Assembly: GCA_964035545.1 (NCBI GenBank)
Contig: OZ037773.1
Span: 9,453,751-9,517,750 of the forward strand
Length of the DNA: 64,000 bases
Origin: Bugula neritina
Taxonomy: Eukaryota > Animalia > Bryozoa
Direction of reading: 5' to 3'
The position numbers and the translations under genes are program-made. This document shows positions 60,601 to 64,000 of the stretch, piece after piece. The notes beneath the pieces were generated by a model. It searched no databases and had not been told where the DNA came from. It saw nothing but the letters and a program-made list of their open reading frames with translations. Each line of letters begins with the position of its first letter. The stretch's first letter is position 1.

Positions 60601-60647
60601 AATCCTACTCGACGGGTTATCTCTCGCCAACTCGCAACTATGTCAAG
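30634..60647 (+). CDS. Large spectrin-repeat protein, AKAP6/klarsicht (nesprin-related)-like; 3' end lies beyond the window
   Basis: 22 phase-compatible GT-AG exons: 30634-30888, 38688-38857, 39590-39812, 40445-40664, 40959-41130, 41402-41577, 43574-43705, 44102-44285, 44623-44824, 44934-45095, 45189-45387, 45671-45795, 46118-46327, 52667-52853, 53189-53425, 53622-53780, 53987-54171, 54612-54710, 55787-55961, 57162-57371, 58645-59832, 60541-60647 (4977 nt, 1659 codons, no stop). Spectrin-type helices: QYNELMEWLNQI, RLSHLNNQWERL, LETWLNRIESTL, LQQDIECHSKVVSAVLKLCERL...LERRWHSIWLQSLEWQCRLEE. The last resembles an AKAP6/klarsicht repeat as I recall it. The remainder is Ser/Pro-rich and probably disordered. 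Confidence 0.75.
33655..34030. repeat. Degenerate hexamer/trimer satellite (ACACTC/ACAGTG/TACTAA)
   Basis: 6-bp periodicity, similar to 4080-4560. Confidence 0.55.
37570..37750. repeat. (TAGTG/TAGTA)n pentamer repeat
   Basis: Direct inspection. Confidence 0.9.
38436..38537. repeat. (CTA/CTG)n trinucleotide repeat
   Basis: Direct inspection. Confidence 0.88.
38897..38987. repeat. (CACT/CATT)n tetranucleotide repeat
   Basis: Direct inspection. Confidence 0.88.
41652..43361 (+). repeat. G-rich 19-bp minisatellite (GGATAGGGGTTAGTGTAGT)n, about 90 copies, intronic
   Basis: Highly homogeneous array with recurring variant units (AAAT, GGAC, GGGT, GCG). Confidence 0.97.
46375..46625. repeat. Degenerate (AGTGTAAGTATAT)-type repeat
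   Basis: Direct inspection. Confidence 0.65.
48690..48780. repeat. CT-rich polypyrimidine low-complexity tract
   Basis: Direct inspection. Confidence 0.85.
51347..51497. repeat. 20-bp minisatellite (TAGACTGAGAGTATACAGYA) x7-8
   Basis: Direct inspection. Confidence 0.9.
56275..57052. mobile_element. Non-autonomous DNA transposon (MITE), CMC/CACTA-like
   Basis: Perfect 27-bp TIRs (CACCGGCTTTCCATGTACCGATCTCAG / CTGAGATCGGTACATGGAAAGCCGGTG), a 3-bp TSD ATT (56272-56274 and 57053-57055), multiple subterminal AGATCGATCT motifs and an AT-rich core with no ORF. Confidence 0.88.
58125..58231. repeat. About 23-bp degenerate tandem repeat (CTAGGATAGGTTAAGTTCTTAGG)
   Basis: Four to five degenerate copies. 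Confidence 0.7.
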
Positions 60648-60908
60648 GTAAGTGTCCAGTCATATTTGTAGTTGCGTTTAGAATTGTCTTCCCAGTGCTT
60701 TACACTGCTATTTGAAGGGAAAGGTGATTTATTCATGTCGGACGTTTTTAAATTCACTTTGCATTGCATAGAGCCACTAGTTACTAGTCTTATGAAGAAG
60801 AGAGGTGATTAAGTTTTTTCTAACAAAGTTGAGAATTTGTTACCAATTCTCTATAAATGTTGTGGTTTATGGTATTGATAGTTATTCAACTTGTTTTGTT
60901 GAGTGTAT

Positions 60909-61456
60909 TGTCACAAAACTGTAGGTAGCAGTGTGACGAGTTCGAAAAGTCTGGTAGTCAGAAGTGTGTAGACAAGTAGTATACAGCTTGCTAATCCAGT
61001 TGTGAATAAATAGAGTTGTGGATATAAGTATACTTTATTTCTCTAGTAAGATATGCACAGATGAATGTATTAAAATGAACTCCAAGAATGAACTTATAAA
61101 AAGGAACTGATTCGTAAACACAACTGCCTCAGTATTTATAGTAAACAAAACACTCTAGAACATTCTCAAGCATTCCAGTATAGAAGATTCTAGTAGAAAA
61201 CATTCTCCACATGCCAATACTATTTATAGAAAATCAAAACAAAACAAAACATTGGAATTTCCATGGTTATTTCGCAATTATTGCGCAACACCTTGTTTAC
61301 ATTGCTGGGCAGTAGTTAACATGACTAATGAAAACAATAACAATGAACAATGACCCATCTCTTTCATCAGTCTAGAATATTTATGAACATTCCTGTATAA
61401 TCATTAGGAAAAACCTGGTAGGTCTATAGATATATGTACACTCAGAATTTGTGACA
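60909..61456 (-). repeat. 3' LTR (548 bp)
   Basis: TG...CA termini with 9-bp inverted ends (TGTCACAAA at 60909; TTTGTGACA ending at 61456). It abuts the PPT and carries a minus-strand TATAAA (61135-61140) and AATAAA (61034-61039). Confidence 0.88.
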
Positions 61457-61502
61457 ACCCCCCATTCTAAGAGAAATTATCTTAATAATTTCTCCTTACT
61501 AC

Positions 61503-61625
61503 TTAAAATTCTGAGTCAATACGGCTTAGATAATCGGCTCCAACATTGTCCTTTCCTTTGATTGACTCCACCTTGATTCTGAAGTTCTGTAAATACATAG
61601 CCCATCTCATCACTCTGCTGTTTCT
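61503..61625 (-). pseudogene. Out-of-frame C-terminal remnant of Ty3/Gypsy RNase H
   Basis: NSRVMRWAMYLQNFRIKVESIKGKDNVGADYLSR is the canonical Gypsy RNase H tail (R.RW...LQ.F.......G..N..AD.LSR). It lies downstream of the integrase and in a different frame. Confidence 0.85.
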
Positions 61626-64000
61626 TACTGTACAGGTCCAACAAATTATCTTCGCATTCTTTTCTTTCCTCATCGTGATCAATAATTCCAGCACCAGCAG
61701 CATCTAGAGTCATTACAGCTCCAACAGTCATAGAGTCGGTAGGCGTCTCCCGCTCAAAGTATTTCTTCAGCATGTTGGCATGGTATGTTCTCCTCTTGCC
61801 TCTAATGTTGATAATGTAGTCATTCAGTCTGACTTTCTCCTCAATATTGAATGGTCCTTGCCAATGCATCAGCAATTTATTTCCATCCGTAGGTAGAAGA
61901 ATGAGCACTTTGTCACCAGGTCTGAAGTCTCTCTGCTTAGCTTTCTTGTCAAAATAGTGTTTGTATCTTTTTTGACTGTCTTTTAGCGAAGCTAGTGCCA
62001 TTTCCATCATGTCATCTAAACGCTCTCCCAATTCAAAAACATGTTGATAGCAGGTCTTGACTTCATCGGCAGTGTCTTCCTTTGTCCAAAGTTGTCGCAG
62101 GATGTACATTGGTCCACGTACAGTTCTTCCATAGAGTAACTCGAATGGGGCGAAGCCTGTTGATTCCTGTGGGACTTCTCTATATGCAAATAGAGCCGCA
62201 TTGATGAATCGATGCCACTGTCTTGGCTCTTTAGCACACAACTTTTTTAACATACTCTTGAGGGTTTCGTTGAACTTTTCCACAAGTCCATTGGCCATTG
62301 CATGGTATGGTGAGGTAGGAAGTTGTCGCATGTCAAGTAATCTGGTAAACTCTTTCATGTAGTCCGAGATGAATTGAGTTCCTTGGTCGCTTATCACCTC
62401 CTCTGGTATCCCAACACGACTATATATGTCAAGCAGCGCTTCAGCTACAGTAGCTGAGTCAATGTTCTTCAATGGTGTAGCTTCAGGATATCTTGTAGCA
62501 TAGTCAACTAAAGTTAGGATGTAGCGGTGTCCTTTCTCACTTGGAGGGTTAATTGGTCCGATTAAGTCTATTGCACATCTCTTGAATGGGGTGTCAATTA
62601 GTGGTGTTTCCTGTACTGGAACTTTCATGACTGAGCCTTTTTTCACCGTCTTCTGGCAAATGTCACATGATTGACAGAAACGTACGACATCTCCGTTTAG
62701 TCCTGGCCAGAAGAAGTTGGAAAGCACTCTATCAGTGGTTTTCTTTACTCCTAGGTGTCCGCTCATTATGCAGTCATGAGCTTTCTGTAGAACTTCCTTC
62801 CTCAGAGAACTGGGTACCATGAGTTGTTTAACAGGTTTTACACTGACAGACTTCGAGTCGGTGTACTCACGGTACAGGATCTTATTCCTCACCACAAACC
62901 TAGTGGTGCATCCCTTTTTCTCCTTCACTTCTTTTGCATCGAAGAAACGCTCCAATGTGGGGTCATCCCTCTGCAGTCTGGCTATCTCATCTTTCCCTAT
63001 ACTTAATGGGTTAGCATTTGAATCAATCATCAGTGGTTTGTCCCCTGACTTTTCCTTGACAGCTTGAGCTCTTGTGGTCATGGCGCAGTCCTTCCAGTTT
63101 TCCAGTGGCTGGTCAGCTGATCTTGCTCCATCCACATTCCCAATAAGCAGGTCACAAATCGTCTTGTCCATTACTGCAGCTTTGACGACACCATTGTAAA
63201 ATGGTGAGCGTACTGAGATAAGTGCCCACTGAGCCTCCCTAACACTTGCATCAGCCATATTCAGATAAACTGATTCTCCAGTTAAGTGTTGAGGTTGCAC
63301 ATACTTTGCATTGACTACAATGCAACCACAGCCGGTGTCGCGCATTACAGTAGCTCGTTGGCCATTAACTTCCGCATCAAATATCGCTGTGCCCCCATCT
63401 TTGAATTTAGGTCCATTCTTGCAGACAGCAGCGTTGATAAACTTTTTACCATTAACTGTGATTTCCGTAGGTTCTTCCACTTTAGATGAGATTCCTGGAT
63501 CTGTGACCACAGTCTTATTCTGAGTAGTCGCTATTGCAGCAGCAGCATGCACTGATCTCCCACCATACTTTCTGCAGTCTGAAGTATTGTGGTTGTTCAT
63601 CTTGCAATGTGAACAGTGCTTCTTCCCTTGCCGTGGGCAGTTACGAGCAATGTGCGACTTATCTTTGCAGATGAAGCATGCACCATCGCTTTTACTTCCT
63701 TGTTCAGCATCCATGCTATCGGCAGGCGCGTTTTCCATCCTTTTTGTATTGGTTTTCTTTGTCTTTGCTAGTTTCCTTCCACGAGCGTGCAAGAACAGTG
63801 ACGCTGCATCACACATATCCTCACTGCTGTTGTAGGAACTTTGCTTTAAATGCACAGCTAGGTCGTCTGGGCATGATGATATAAATTGTTCAGTCGCCAC
63901 TAGTTTGGCTATGTCCATGCCCCCTGAAAGTTCTACCCACTTGTGCACATAAGTTTCTATCCTAGTGAATAGTTGGGCAGGAGTTTCATCTTCGTAAGCT
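61516..64000 (-). CDS. Retrotransposon Gag (SCAN-like, two CCHC knuckles)-protease-integrase polyprotein; the frame is open to the window edge
   Basis: ETPAQLFTRIETY...EQFISSCPDDLAVHL (SCAN-like Gag); CFICKDKSHIARNC and CSHCKMNNHNTSDC; protease RDTGC; integrase HHCC (AHDCIMSGHLG...CQSCDICQ); DDE triad (IDLIGP, SDQGTQF, NGLVEKFN); GPF/SH3-like tail (WQGPF...YHANMLKKY). Confidence 0.92.
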   Translation of the reverse strand, partial: AYEDETPAQLFTRIETYVHKWVELSGGMDIAKLVATEQFISSCPDDLAVHLKQSSYNSSEDMCDAASLFLHARGRKLAKTKKTNTKRMENAPADSMDAEQGSKSDGACFICKDKSHIARNCPRQGKKHCSHCKMNNHNTSDCRKYGGRSVHAAAAIATTQNKTVVTDPGISSKVEEPTEITVNGKKFINAAVCKNGPKFKDGGTAIFDAEVNGQRATVMRDTGCGCIVVNAKYVQPQHLTGESVYLNMADASVREAQWALISVRSPFYNGVVKAAVMDKTICDLLIGNVDGARSADQPLENWKDCAMTTRAQAVKEKSGDKPLMIDSNANPLSIGKDEIARLQRDDPTLERFFDAKEVKEKKGCTTRFVVRNKILYREYTDSKSVSVKPVKQLMVPSSLRKEVLQKAHDCIMSGHLGVKKTTDRVLSNFFWPGLNGDVVRFCQSCDICQKTVKKGSVMKVPVQETPLIDTPFKRCAIDLIGPINPPSEKGHRYILTLVDYATRYPEATPLKNIDSATVAEALLDIYSRVGIPEEVISDQGTQFISDYMKEFTRLLDMRQLPTSPYHAMANGLVEKFNETLKSMLKKLCAKEPRQWHRFINAALFAYREVPQESTGFAPFELLYGRTVRGPMYILRQLWTKEDTADEVKTCYQHVFELGERLDDMMEMALASLKDSQKRYKHYFDKKAKQRDFRPGDKVLILLPTDGNKLLMHWQGPFNIEEKVRLNDYIINIRGKRRTYHANMLKKYFERETPTDSMTVGAVMTLDAAGAGIIDHDEERKECEDNLLDLYSKKQQSDEMGYVFTELQNQGGVNQRKGQCWSRLSKPY

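Larger units (their letters stand above)
60909..64000 (-). mobile_element. Ty3/Gypsy LTR retrotransposon, Gmr1-like domain order, internally deleted (no RT); 5' part beyond the window
   Basis: 3' LTR at 60909-61456, polypurine tract at 61457-61468 (minus strand AGAATGGGGGGT), Gag-PR-IN ORF and an RNase H C-terminal remnant. Inserted antisense in an intron of the AKAP6-like gene. Confidence 0.92.

Noticed and set aside
62819-63884. Plus-strand ORFs within the retroelement
   Set aside because: Antisense shadows of the Gag-Pol frame.

Overview
AT-rich, intron-rich, microsatellite-laden animal DNA, probably from an invertebrate; it is not prokaryotic, and most short ORFs in the supplied track are single exons or repeat artefacts. 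Manual splicing recovers four genes. (1) A complete 12-exon TDRKH/Papi-type piRNA-pathway gene (+, 5566-11273, 588 aa: N-terminal TM anchor, two KH domains, extended Tudor domain). (2, 3) Two tandem 6-exon SLC16/MCT-like MFS transporter paralogs (-, 12299-17095 and 17985-22224). (4) A large spectrin-repeat AKAP6/klarsicht-like gene (+, 22 in-phase exons from 30634 to 60647, continuing beyond the window). Its last visible intron holds an antisense Gmr1-type Gypsy LTR element with an intact Gag-PR-IN ORF but with RT and most of RNase H deleted. A signal-peptide exon at the left edge may be a pseudogene. Also present: a CACTA/CMC-like MITE with a TSD, a fold-back MITE, Helitron-like remnants, degenerate Penelope-type hammerhead motifs and many tandem repeats. 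The most unusual observations are a TDRKH intron built almost entirely from tandem copies of its own 5' splice site, the RT-less Gmr1 element, a GT versus GC donor difference plus a conversion-like tract between the transporter paralogs, and a 1.7-kb G-rich 19-mer minisatellite with higher-order structure. All family assignments come from recognised motifs, not database searches.
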